NCBI GenBank assembly: GCA_965649825.1
Contig: OZ287694.1
Location: forward strand, 124,001-188,000
Length of the DNA stretch: 64,000 nt
Direction: 5' to 3'
Source: Penicillus capitatus
Lineage: Eukaryota > Plantae > Chlorophyta
The notes under the pieces are model-generated. The model made no database searches. It saw only the letters and a list, made by a program, of their open reading frames with translations, and was not told the origin of the DNA. Within the stretch, counting starts at the first letter, position 1, and each line of letters opens with the position of its first letter. The position numbers and the translations under genes were made by a program. This document shows, one piece after another, positions 12,350 to 24,984 of this stretch.

Positions 12350-14766
12350 ATGGCAGCCGCTCTTCTCTCCTTTCTTGTCCTTCTTTGCTCCCTGGGAGGT
12401 CGGCGTCCACGTGCGTCTTTTTGGCGACCATGCTTCTTGCCATCTTTTGTTGACGGTCCAGGTTTCGTCGCCGCTCAGAAATGCGACTGCTCAGACGAAG
12501 CCATAGTGCCACATATCTACGTGTGATATGTCCACGCGGCTGCGCATGCTTAGCTCGCATCGTGTTTTGTCAAGGGAGGCGAAGATGCTCCGAAAGGGCG
12601 CTTTCCTTATGCGTGTTCCTTGAGGTCTCTCTCAACGGACGACCATTTCTGCGGCTGCATTTTGGTCGACCAGCAACACGTCCTCACCGCTGCGCATTGC
12701 GTCGACCCTGGATTTGATAATGCCGACCCATCGCCTTTAATTTCCATCGGCCTTTATAAGCGTAACTTAGACGACAGCGCCGAGGTGAATGAACGGACGT
12801 TTTGCACGTGGCCTGCCTGACAGGCATCTTTACCGACTAGGAATTCGGTGTGGCCAAGAAACCCGCCATTCATCCAGACTGGAACGGCCAGGTGGTCGAC
12901 GGCCACGACATCGCTGTGCTAAAACTCGACGGAAAATGCAAGAAGACGCCCATCAGTCTGCCGGCTCCCGAAGCGGAATACGACGCCGGAACGCTGTTCT
13001 TGGCGATTGGATTCGGCGATACCAGTGCCAGAGAAGAGTACGTCTACGTTTTCGATCTCACGCATCGCCTTAGGCCTGTCCTTTCTCTACCAGGACAAGA
13101 CTGGCAGATACACTGCAGATTCTCTACGACCTGACCTTCATACCGAGACCGATCTGCAATCGCTTCGAACCGTATGATAAGAGCATCTCGCACAACATGT
13201 TCTGTGCCCTCTCCAGTACTGGCAGCACAGGAGCCGGTGCGATTTTTGCTGCCAGGTTGCGGCATCTGGTTTTTGCCTCTTCTTAGGTGACTCTGGTGGT
13301 CCCGTGCTCATTCCACACCGTTTTAATAACATCGCAAGTGGCAAGCCGAATCTCGACAGGCTCGTCGGTCTTACGTCATTCGGCGTCAAAGAACAGAACA
13401 CCTCGTTTCCCGGTACTTCCAGTTTGGACTCCTTCGTGGAGCACGCATTCTTGCAGAGGTGTTTACCCACGTCAGTAAGTTCAGAACGTGGATCGACTGT
13501 GTCATCGATGGCGGCGAGGCAGACGACTGCACGCGACCGAATGGCATCCAACACGGCGGCGGAACATCTAAATCACTTGCACTCGACAGAGACGAGGTAT
13601 GCCGCCGCCACCTTCGCGTCCAGATATGCATCCTGCGGTATAGGTGATTCGAGCGCCGCCGACAGATAGAGATCCGGAATGTCTGCTCTCCTATGGACAT
13701 CGTTCGACTTCACTGGAGAAACGACAGACGTCGTGTCTCGGCGGCACGGCATTGACGCGTCCCAAATGCCTCTTTTGGAATGAGACGGGCACCGTCGACT
13801 GTTTCTACCGAGGAACAGACACCTCAGTCCATCGAATGACAATCAAGGATAGCGTCGTGACGGCAATTGAAAACATCGGTGGCACGGCTCTCGGCGACGT
13901 CGAGTGCGTGATCAGCGGTCCTCGTTCCGTCAACTGTTTCATTGTGGGCGAAGACAGCGATCTCTGGACGCGAGAACTGAAAAATGGAAAGTGGGAGGAG
14001 TGGTACTCTCTGGGAGGCGCACTGATGGAGGTGCCAAACTGTGTCTCGCACTCCAAAGGCCAGATCGATTGCATCGGCCGAAGCCTCGACGACAACCTGT
14101 ACCACAAACAGTACGTCCCGGGAGAGTTCAAATGGAGAGATTTCAGGACGATCTTGGAACTGGACTTCTCCCACGGCAAACCGTCTGTTGTTTACGAACC
14201 GGAGACAAATCTCGTAACCGTTTATTTAGAGGACGAAGATCACACGGCGCATTACAAACAGTACAACGTCGACGACGACGAGTGGTATTCTTCCGATTCT
14301 ATCAACTACTATCAGAAGTTGTACAGTCCATTGTCCATTGTGGATTGGTCCAATGCGACGTTCTATTTCAGTCGCGGTCAGGAGAACCGAGCGGTGTACT
14401 TTATTTACCGCAAGGGAACGGATCCGGATGCGTACAATGCCTGGACAGATACGTACGCTTTGGAGTCTCCCGTCGCTTCGGAACCGAAATGCCTTTCTAC
14501 GAAAGACCTTACAATTGATTGCTTCGCCTTAGGGCTTGACCGAACGCTGCAGCACATATCTCTCAGAAAACCATCTCAGCCTTGGACGGCATGGAAAGTA
14601 AGCCAGCTACAGACAATCGGATTTGTGCATTCTCTGTTTCTAGCCGATCGTCGGGCCTTTCTTAGAAGCACCCACGTGCTTTGCCGTGTCCAAGGAACAG
14701 ATTCGCTGCTACGCTCGCAGTTACACACTGTCGCTCGTCGAGACGATTGTGGACGTCGAAAAGTGA
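12350..14766 (+). CDS. Secreted S1 (trypsin-family) serine protease fused to a 7-bladed PLL/fucose-lectin-like beta-propeller
   Basis: Signal peptide MAAALLSFLVLLCSLG; IYGG mature N-terminus after splicing; catalytic triad motifs LTAAHC, DIAVL and GDSGGP. About 7 repeats like WYSLGGALMEVPNCVSHSKGQIDCIGRSLDDNLYH follow. The final exon ends VDVEK-TGA. Confidence 0.85.
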
Positions 14767-15779
14767 TCGAGGCATCTACGTCTATCAATAAACATGAATT
14801 GCCATACATTCTGTTCTCCTTTCGAATTCGGTTAGAAAGCATCTATCGTCTGCTCATCTGATCGGGATATATCCTCCTGTCAACACGGCCCCAAACTAGA
14901 ATACCTTTTCACCTATGTATTGTTCCTACGCTGTTTTCTTGAAACATGCTGATTTCATTGCGACGAGAAACGGATGTTACACATCAGCGCCGTCTTCGCG
15001 TTTAAGCTTAGCATCGTAAGCTGCGTCTCTGATGTTTCACCTCAAAAGGGGGCTGTAAGCACGACCAACTTTATTACCATCGTAAGCTCTTCAAGGGATA
15101 ACAGTTCCTACTCTGGGGTCGACGTGATGCCGCGTGGAGAAAAGAATGATCTCGCATCGTTCCGTTCGTCGGAAGTCGCTCGAAACATCGATGCGCGCTG
15201 TCGGCGAATGATAGGTTGGTCGACCCTTGATTGCATAAGTGGTTACCGATGTTGCCACATTGTCACGTGGGGTAAGACTTGACAAGTGTATCATCATCAT
15301 GCACAGAATGTTGAAGTTGTTAAAGTTTCTGTAAGCGCAGCTCCCTTCATAGCATCAACAAAGCGATCTTCGTTATCATTATCCCGTTGGCTTTTTTGCA
15401 GCGCCTCTCGACCTCCGCGATGAGTTTAACCAAGGTTAATGGGCAGCACGGTTCCGCGGCCTCTACGGTCTTGCCCTCGACTAAGTTTCCATCTGTCACA
15501 GGCGTTGCACTTTTGGAGCACGAAGCCAGGCGAGGAATTCGTTTAAACTCGGGAGCTTCTTTCCCTTTTCTCACGTTTAATGGCAACGGAGAACAGTGCT
15601 TCTAAGAGGGCGAAGCGTTGAAAATGTCTTGCTTCGGTTCTAAGTTACTCGGCTTTTGCGAATCTTATCCGGTTAAAGTCGAAGGAAGAATACAGAGATA
15701 ATTCTTACCAAACAGCCCAGAAATAAACTTAGATGCTTAAAGCAAACGAAGCGAACGGTTGAATGGAAACAGATTGCCT

Positions 15780-16185
15780 GAATTCGTGTTTAACCTTGAT
15801 AAAACTCGGGAGATTACGACCAAGAATGCAATATTAAGTAGACAGGCCAAAAGGAAGCTTTATTATTTCCTTACCTTACTGGGTTTAAAATCAACACATC
15901 CGATTTCTGGTGGACACGGGGCAATTCGGAAAATGTCCTCTCACGACGTTAGCGCGAGGAAGGGGCATTTATTCGGCAACCGTGCGGGATTTAAAGGTAT
16001 TGACAAGCTTTACTGGTGATGCGTACCCAGTTGTTAGAAGAAGTAGATTTACGAAGTTAATCGGTAACGAAGAAAAGATCTTCAACTTCATGGTCGTCGA
16101 AGACAGAGTTAAAACCATTCTAGGAACACCAGGGCTGCAACCATTCGGACTGAGTAAGGATTATCAGACGGTTGCATTTGGCTGA
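15780..16185 (+). mobile_element. Degenerate Ty3/gypsy-type LTR retrotransposon relic (retropepsin)
   Basis: One frame reads IRFLVDTGQ...KTILGTPGLQPFGLSKDY, matching the retroviral aspartic protease LVDTG and ILGxPxL motifs. There is an in-frame TAA upstream, and the surroundings are AT-richer with broken ORFs. Confidence 0.6.
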
Positions 16186-17789
16186 TGGACGGCAGCTGCT
16201 CTGTACAGCGGCCGGCACTTTTGAAAAGCAAAAAAAAACTGTTAACCCCAGAGGTCTCGTCCTTTGGAAATTAGAGCTGAAGACAGCGGGATTGAAGAAC
16301 GATCGTCCTTCGTGCGCATAATTGTTACTCCATCGTTAGCAAGTAGAACCAAGGGCGATTTGAAAAGGAAACCGAGCCTTGCTCCACTGTCAAGGCCTTG
16401 ATGCTAGGACCAAGGGAAACCAAAGTGATGAGGATGCCTTTTGTTTTCGGAGGTAACGGTCCGAGGGTCCAATACCGATCTCTTAAGTAGAGCGTGGTGG
16501 TTGCTTAGCTTTTGGCTGAGAAGAGAGTAAGGCGCCAAGTGGCATAAGCGACGTAGTCCGGATAGAACATACTTGTTGAATTGGTAAAGGTCACACCAAT
16601 CTGTACTTACACTTATTTGTAAAGGGTTAAGAAAAATAGGTTGTCGTTTAAGATATGGCAACCAGCTCACGATGAAAGAGAAGTCTGTCAAGCGCGACCC
16701 ATTTTTTTGGGGCGAGTAAGAGATTCAACTGTGTGTCTATATTTTAGAATTCTCTTGAATGTATATCGACGATCCATCTCCTGAGACTTAGATCGCGTCG
16801 ACATGCTTAAGAAACGTGTCGGCAAACTAAATATTAACGGCCCAGACTGATACTATATCCGAAGACTCGAGTAGTGAAACGATCAACAAGAGTCACAGAC
16901 AACAAAGATGCCACAGCTGACGTTTTTAGTTACTAATAGCTCGTCTAGCCAAGAAGCTTCACAGGTGTCTTTTTCAAGATGATTGTAAACACGACACGAA
17001 GACCCTCTAGTCTCTTACGCCTTTTGATGACACTACTGGTTACCGTAGTGTAAGAGCGCGATTTAGAGCGACGTGCAACGATCGTCGCGACGGGTGGGCA
17101 TCCATCTGTGGGTTTCGAAATGACACCGTCGATGGAGTCCGAATCCCTTCGACCGAATTGTCGGCGATATCAAAGTACAGGTAAACGGCGACAATGATGA
17201 GCATCTTTCCCTCGAATGCGGAAGCCAGTTAAGATGGAGAAGACGTCTGTACATCATCTACAACTCACGCACGTGCTATCTTGAATCGTCGTCAATCAGA
17301 TCTGCTATTCAAGCCGTGTGTATCCGTCCGAGTTATGCCTCTTGGAGACGTTGCTGCGACCAACTGTCGAAGAGACGTCGTCGCTTCGCTCCCACTGTCC
17401 TCGTCACTCGCCGTCGAATCGGAACGCAACTCCTTAAGTAAGTACGCGTTTCACACAGAACTCAAGGCAACGCCAACGAGACAGAATCACGCACCGAAAT
17501 GTACATCACGAATTTCAGATCTAGCGCAGAATTCTTGATTTCTGCCTCAAAAAAGTAACATACGAGAATGCGATAGCAGGACTGCGTGCTACGAAACGCA
17601 CGAGCCGTTATAGAATTCCAACCCAATGTCGTTCATTGCACAACGTCCGAATACAAAACCTGTCCTACCGTACAACGCTCTAAGAGGCACTCTCATCGCG
17701 TAGCATGCGAGCCCTTGTAGAGAAAAAGAGTAACGTGAGATGGTTTGCATTCTTGTACTGCGCTTAATAAAATCATATGACCCAATGGT

Positions 17790-19295
17790 TCAGTCACCAA
17801 TGAAGATACTGCAGTCATCATCCACCGCAATATTCCTCTCGGCAAAGAAATCCATCAACTCTTCGGGGATAGCGAACACCTTTGGAAGCAGCGGCTTCCA
17901 TCCAAGGTGTCTCAAGGCAGGTAGCTTGTCAAATGCATCTCGCATACTGCTCCAAAACGTCACCCTCCCGCACGATTCTCCCCTGGCGATATGGATTCGT
18001 TCTAGACCGGGCAGAGATGCGAGATACTCGAAACAGGTACGGGTAAGAAAACGTTCCTTTATCAAGATACCGAGCTCCTTCAGTGAGGGCATCGATCTAG
18101 AGGCAAACAGTCCTGCGTAAACCCAGTCCATGTCGATCGTCCACAACGTCACCCATGGCAGAAGAATGTTATCCCCATTATGTTTAAAGAAAAACGGTCC
18201 CTCGCCTGAATGCATACGAAGCTGTTGCAGATGTCTAAATGCCGTCAACTGTTGAAATGTCCATTCCGACAGCGAGTGACTGACAACGTTTAATGACGTC
18301 AAGCTCTCAGATATTGGCATATCTGTGGCAAGGCGCTCTTTCGTAAACAAATAGTCTGCGTAACCAACCGACCCCTTCAAGTCATCCGCCGAGTGCCTCG
18401 CCGGGAGAACGCGACGGAACTCCTCCTCAAGCTTCTGCGAAGGTGTGCAGAGCAACCCCAGACTCTGGATGGTTCCTGGCGGATAGACAGTCCTTATGGC
18501 GTTATTGTCAGAGAGGGCCAGTGCCGTCAGCTGCGTCATGCGGGAGACAAAGTCGACGCTTGTTGAATCATCCTTCGTCGATAGACGGAGTTTCTTCAGA
18601 CCAGTGCAGTACTCAATGGCCGACAGTCCATCGATGTTTGTGGCTCTCGAAATAATCTCCAGCGTTTCCAGACCGGTCAGCAAAGAGACAAAATCAAAAC
18701 ATCGGTGCACTGAGTAGTTGGCGATCGAAAGGCGGCGGAGCTGCGTCATCTTTCCGAGGAATCCGAGCTCGTACGTCATCTTTTCGTGGTGATCGACGTA
18801 ATGCAGTTGCAGATCGGTGACGTTGACGAGATGCGTAAGGGCATCCAGGCCGCTCTGCTTTACGATACACTTCATGAGCTCCAGACGTCGCAACGACGAT
18901 CTCCAGATCTGTATTCCATGCAGAACGACGTCTGCATTATCGGCGCAGAAAACGGACAGGGATTGCAGCTTAGGCAGCAGATTCTGATCCCAGAGAGAAG
19001 CGAGTAGCAAGAGTCGTCCGTACTGTGGAAAAGAGGCCAAAGACGTCACGGTGTTCTCTTGGCATATTTTTTGAAGACTGCGGCAAAGGGGGTAGTCCGG
19101 TAGTTTACGCATGGAGAGATGCAGTCCATGAGCATCGACCGCCCTTCGCCAATGCTTACTCACCATCCGCAAACGCGGAGCCATACAACGCCAGTAGTTA
19201 TCCTCTCTGAGGACGCGAGCCACGCGTCCCAGCACGTCTGTGTCAATCGTCGACCATCCCTGTGTCCTGTCTTTTGACTCCGTCTCAGTCGACAT
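17790..19295 (-). CDS. F-box/leucine-rich repeat protein, paralogue 2 (intronless)
   Basis: Colinear with 10525-12057 (WSTIDTDVLGRVARVL...LRMVSKHWRRAVD; shared PWVTLWTIDMDWVYAGLFA). The flanks are also homologous. Confidence 0.8.
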   Translation of the reverse strand: MSTETESKDRTQGWSTIDTDVLGRVARVLREDNYWRCMAPRLRMVSKHWRRAVDAHGLHLSMRKLPDYPLCRSLQKICQENTVTSLASFPQYGRLLLLASLWDQNLLPKLQSLSVFCADNADVVLHGIQIWRSSLRRLELMKCIVKQSGLDALTHLVNVTDLQLHYVDHHEKMTYELGFLGKMTQLRRLSIANYSVHRCFDFVSLLTGLETLEIISRATNIDGLSAIEYCTGLKKLRLSTKDDSTSVDFVSRMTQLTALALSDNNAIRTVYPPGTIQSLGLLCTPSQKLEEEFRRVLPARHSADDLKGSVGYADYLFTKERLATDMPISESLTSLNVVSHSLSEWTFQQLTAFRHLQQLRMHSGEGPFFFKHNGDNILLPWVTLWTIDMDWVYAGLFASRSMPSLKELGILIKERFLTRTCFEYLASLPGLERIHIARGESCGRVTFWSSMRDAFDKLPALRHLGWKPLLPKVFAIPEELMDFFAERNIAVDDDCSIFIGD

Positions 19296-19917
19296 TTGTA
19301 TTGAGTGAATGACACACGTCTAAAGAAGGTGGCGCGTTACGCTGACGGCGCAGTCACATCACCGCCGTCACCTAATTGTCGACGGGCCGTATGTCGTACA
19401 CAGGCGAATGTAGCCAACCAGAGCCTCCCTGAGCAAAAGATACGAATGGCGGTAACTCAGTTCCTCCAGTAAAGTGTATCCCCTTTCAAAGCTGCTGGGC
19501 TGGGCTGGGCTGGGCTTGTTTCCCGTCTCTCCGCTTCTGACGCATCGCTTTTCTGTTCAGAGGATAAGAATGAGCTGAATGCGTGAATTGGTTGATGGAG
19601 ACATCTTGAGTGTCATCTATCTGCATTTTGTATTTCTGCTAACTGCTCTTGGTCACTCTGCTGGGCGAAAGACGTCATGCCTATATCCCACGATCGCTGA
19701 AGGATACGTACGGTGTTTATACGGTAACGTCCACCTTCCGTCTAGGACGCATTTCCACGCCGAGTGCATTTTCTTCAACGAATCTCGATTTTGTCATCTT
19801 CATACAAAACTCGCGCCTTCGTCTCAGAGGCGTCCATCGTTTTTCGCATTCTCGCATTCGTCTCCCTAAACAAGAGCAAAGAGTCGACACTCCGCCATCG
19901 TCGACGCGTGCAGAGTT

Positions 19918-20663
19918 ATGCCGAAGAACAAGGGTGCGTCGCCGTCTTGCTGCTCCTCGCTGTCGTACGTTATCGCCCCTGCCGTCTTTAGGCAAAGGTG
20001 GTAAGAATCGACGAAGAGGAAAGAATGAGAACGACGCTCTGAAACGCGAGCTTGTTTTCAAAGAGGACGGTCAAGGTGAACGCCTACCTGGTCACGATGG
20101 TCTGCCCTCAACTGCATTCCGCCCTCTGCAGTCTACGCCCAAGTCATGAAGATGTTGGGCAATGGACGATTGGAGGCGCATTGCTTCGACGGAAAGAAGA
20201 GGCTCTGTCACATCAGAGGAAAAATGCGAAAGAAAGTGTGGGTCAACACCGTAAGGGAACACTCCCTCTGCTGCGTCCTTCTGAATGATGTGACGTCAGG
20301 GAGATGTCATCCTGTTAGGTCTGCGTGAGTACCAAGACGATAAAGCAGATGTTATTCTCAAGTGCTGTGATTCAGCTCATGCTGTCACTCTATGCAAAGT
20401 GTGACGTCATTGGTAGGTATATGGCTGATGAAGCGAGGAGTCTGAAACAGTATGGAGAGATTCCGGATACAGGTCTGTTGGGTCGATACGGTAGGGTATG
20501 CGTGACGTCTGCGTGTTAGTTCGTGTGAATGATGCGGACGTGGAGATTGAAGAGGACGGAGAAATGAGCGACGGAAACTTGATCACGTTCGAGAACGTCG
20601 ACGGTGGGTTTATAGATCACAGCGAGATGGAGGGGTGCATGTTCTGCTGTTGTAGACATCTGA
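19918..20663 (+). CDS. eIF1A: Eukaryotic translation initiation factor 1A (multi-exon; apparent +1 frameshift near 20541-20544)
   Basis: [87 protein letters not shown]. The canonical acidic tail ending FENVDDI-TGA is in a shifted frame. Confidence 0.95.
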
Positions 20664-21221
20664 AGGGCAGCTGATGCACGACGGCGTACATCGAGGAAGA
20701 ACAAGAACTGGCCCCTTGTGCCAGACAAACCTGCATGCAGACATGTGAACCGTTGTTGGCTGTAATGGTCTGTGAGGCAGTTAGGACAGGCCGATCTCGA
20801 ACAGCGTATTCCTGACACTCTGTCTCCACCAAGACTGAAGCAGACGAGACAGAACGCCTCAGAATATGCCTGATGGCAGACCTACAGAACAGAACGGTTA
20901 AGTCTTCAGCAAACCAGTCGATACGACAGTTGGCATTCCATGGTATTTCTCACTGAAGTGTGAGAGAATCGACTGTGCGAGTGGTGTCTACAAGTGAAAA
21001 GATGTCGTCGACAGAACCGTTCTTCGCAAGGTCAGAAACATAAGCCTGTCATTGCGACAACCTTCAGAGAATTTGCTCAACACACAACCACTATCATGTT
21101 GGATGAAATGGGGCAGATGGGCCGCTAGGACGCTTAGGATAGTTGACAGCTAGAGCATGACAGCAGATACGACTTGCAACTAATGATTATCGATGGCGAT
21201 TTTGTTCCATCGGTTTGGCGA

Positions 21222-24200
21222 TTAATCGAAGAATCGCTCTGCAATGCTTAAGGAAAAGAATTCCCAAACGGCGTGAATGCTTCCCCAGGACTCTATACTG
21301 TCGATGCCTTCGATCTCGAGAACAATACGTGAGTATTTAGCCAGGGATTTGAAAATTCTCGAGAGTAAGAAGCAGGACAATCCACCAATTGCTAAGAAGA
21401 GTACGATAGAAAGCAGTATCTGGCTCTCATATGTGACACGACTGTCATTCAAAACAAGACCACTAATAAACGTGAGCTGCGCAACAAATAGAGAGGCGCC
21501 TTCGTAAGCGTTGAGTTGGTCAAACGCTTTATTGAAGGGACGAAGAAGAGTGTGAAGGTATAATGCAGCTGTCAAGACGCCAAGGGCAAGGACACATTGC
21601 ATGTTTGGTCCTAAAGTATAGCCATAAGCGACGATGACAGCGAGGAGCGATTTCCTGAGCATGATCATCGACTCCCAGAAGAAGAATCTGTCACCATAGG
21701 CGCGGTACAGAAACCCAGTGGCTTCGTTGTACCACACATCGCGTTCTGGAGCGTACCGTCGGACGGACACCAGGGCGAAAGCGAGGCCAACGGGGAAGCC
21801 AAGGGAGAAGAGGAGCACCACGGGCCAACCCAGTGTGCCGACCAGCACGGAATGGGCGCCTTCGTAGCACTCGACAGAGGTGTCCACTGCCCAGTAGTCC
21901 ACAGATGTTCCGACTTCGCCGCCACACGAGACGTCGGCCGTCACGCACACCAGGATGTTGACGGCTGTCTTGGTGACGGATTCGTAGGAGATGTAGGCGA
22001 CGACCAAGTAACTCAAGAGGAGTTTCTTGGCTAAGTATTGCCAGGTCTTGGCGAATTTGTAAAAGGCGATGGTCCAGAAGACGGCGAAAAAGGTGGCGAC
22101 CAGAACTGGGATGCTCATGGAGATGATCATTTTGATTACTGATCGTGGAATGCTGGCATCGGGGGGAAGCAAGCAATCGAAGGGCAGCGTCATGGTCTCC
22201 GTTGCTGCACCTCCCAGAAAATCTATGCACAGGAGAAGTTTCAGCTTGCGTGTCCCTCTTTCAGAGTGCCGCTGACCCACGGACGAGAGCAGGTGTATGA
22301 TCGACGACGTCCAGTTCACGTTAAGGGAAAGAGCGACAGCAATGACTTGGAAGAAATTGATCAAGATCTGCAGAGAACGAAACGCGACTTCTATGAATAG
22401 ACAGCGCCTGATCACCTTGAATGTTTCTGCCAGTTGTTCCTTGGCGTTTTCTGCTTTGGAAGACAGCTCTGCAGGGGATGCAACACGTTGTGATGCTGCT
22501 TGACGGTCGACTGCATCAGTGGAAGGCGATTCCCTTATCTCGGCAGTTTGGACGAATCGCGCTTCCACTCTGTTAGCTGGCTTGCTTTCAGAGGGACTGC
22601 TGCTAAGACGGATTGCCGGGATACAAGCGACGACTCTGAAAACGAGGCTAAGCTTGATGACAATCCACGACAAAAGTAGCAGCAGCAACACCGAAACCAA
22701 GTACAGCAGCGTGTTTAAGTAGCATCGGCGACATTCCACACACTCTGACGATCGAACGTGTCCGTATCCATCTTCACACGAACCACAGAGGGGACCCTTG
22801 TATCCCTAAATACGTGATGAATTCATGAGTGGTAGTTGAAATTGGCTTTGTGCCTGTCTGCACTGGGCATCGCTGTAGTTGCCCAGCAGGACTGCATCGC
22901 ATTCTCCGCAGCTGCGTATGTCCATTGCAACTTCTATCACTCTTTGTTGTCGCTCCTCAAAATCGCAGGCCTCGTGTGTGAGGCACTTCTGGATGTGCAC
23001 TGAGCAGGGATCGCTGTGCCAGTAGCCAGGAGTCGGATGGATGACTATGTCCGATGCACGGTCTTCATTCTTAGAAAACGGCTGGACTGAGCTATGTCAA
23101 TGTGAACCCAATTCTGTTGCACTGCACGGAGAACAGAGCTTCTCATTTTTGCCGTGGATTGATCAAGCAGACACTTACAGATCTCCGCTATACTGAACGT
23201 CTTGGATAGGTCGTTGTGCTTGCGGATAATCAATTACTAGTCGCCAGGCGGGTTTTTCATCGGCGAGGCCCTTCAGCTCGATAGCATTCTGCTGAAGTGT
23301 TACCTGACTGTTTCTCGAAAACGACGAGGCCGAGCATGAAGCTGTAAAAATCCAATCGTCTTCGCCATCGTAGAGGGAGAGGTTGTACGCGCCATAGCCG
23401 GCGACGTTGCTCAGAAAAAGGTAATGACCAGAGAAGGAACTGCCTAAGATTTGGAGCTTTTGAGTATTATTGTTCTTGACAAACGTGCCCTAATCGATAT
23501 CACGTCAGCTAGCTATCAAGAATGAATGTGGTCCTCTGTTTCTTGCCTGATCGTATGTGATGTTAGACTTCTTCAGCTTCACGGATTGTAGCCAAGGGAT
23601 TTTGGCTCTACGATCAAGTTGAACATATCGGACGGTGGTGTTGAACGGAACGATATCTCCCTCTTTCGCGGGACCAGCAACTGCTTGCAGATCTCTGTCG
23701 GTGCGGTCAAGAATATCTTGGTCCAATATCCACGTTCGTTTATCTGCTTGAATGATGTTACGCCTTCTGGCGGGGAAAAGTGCACATTCTCGGAATACTA
23801 GGATAGACGTCTGTCAGCATACCAGTCCATGCCGTCGTTAGTTACCGTCATCGTTGCGCTGAAGAAAGGCGCTTCTTTTGACACCGGTCTGCCAAAACGA
23901 AAGCAGTTCATTGGGATAACGACGCTGTACGACATCAACCTTCGTTCCGGCAGGTGTGTCGTGTGGGTGGAGTTGCCCGATATTGTCTGGAAGACAGACG
24001 GCAGTACCTGAAACGGAGAAGATGGTCGACAACGTTTGGCCAAAAGCGCGGCAGTTGTTTAGCTAATAAACATCTCAAGAATGAAAAAGCACGTGGACAG
24101 CGCACAAGACCATGTTTCGTTTGCGCCTCACCCTGCAAAGACATTGCAGACGTGTGACTGGACGAGGCACGAGTCCTCAGTGTGCCGAAGAGGCACAGAC

Positions 24201-24246
24201 AGAGCAAGACGAGTAACGGCGAGAAATGGAGTGTTCGAGGGACCAT
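21222..24246 (-). pseudogene. Receptor paralogue A: ectodomain deleted or decayed, multi-TM module intact
   Basis: Signal peptide and beta-helix cap match paralogue D. The beta-helix and Ig region are missing, and the Cys-rich part at 23040-23230 is frameshifted. The 505-codon TM ORF 21222-22739 is uninterrupted. Confidence 0.8.
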
Positions 24247-24984
24247 GTCGGATTTGGAAAAGGAATGCGCTCGTCGCTGAAATAATGTCGGACAAGGGTG
24301 CGGTCGAAGGAGGTGTCGTGATATTCTGATGCTTTTCACTGCGTAGCATAGAAGATCGCTGTGAAAAAGTGAGAAACAACGACAGGACAGTGGACGAAAA
24401 CGGATGGAGAAACAATGCCGCGTCCCGTACGACGCAATCGACGGGACGACGCCTCTGATCTGAAGAAAAAAGCGAAGTTCTTGGTGATAGCAGCTTGGAT
24501 GATAGATCCGGTTTGGCGACACAAATGCCGCCGAAACGCCAGAACCTGTAAGAGAAGCTGACTTGGTGTCAAAACAATAACGCTAAGAATGCAGCCAAAG
24601 GCATCGACTGTAGGCAAAAGTGCCACCTGGAATAAACGGGACGCCTGCCTCGGTCTGTTCCCATCACCACCGCGTCTCCATGACGCCAAGTTTTCGGCAT
24701 CTCAATGTGTCTGGTATCGGTTAGAACTCAAGGCTGGACGGTGTGACGAAGTGTGAGATGCAGGAGAGTGATAGTGGGCTGCGCGGATCTCCACCAGCGG
24801 AAACAGATCCCTCGGGATCAGAACATCCACCTCCACGAATACCTGATACAAGAAGTGTGACCGGTCACTCTTCACCTCTTTCCTCCTTCGCTTGGATCCG
24901 CAGTAGGTGGGATCCAGCACCAGCAGACGGGCATCGAGAAGTGCTCTCTTGAAATCTCACTCCTATGAGATCGGGATGATGTGA

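Noticed and set aside
16404-16691. Integrase core on the minus strand (STDW...HLAPYS...LLKRS)
   Set aside because: The resemblance is faint and on the opposite strand from the protease relic; not supportable without a profile search.
19495-19517. (GCTGG)n short repeat upstream of eIF1A
   Set aside because: Ordinary microsatellite of about four units with no evidence of function.
21640-21900. Recent gene-conversion tract between A and D as the sole explanation of their identical peptide stretch
   Set aside because: About ten synonymous differences remain in the tract, which fits purifying selection better than very recent conversion. Kept only as an alternative.
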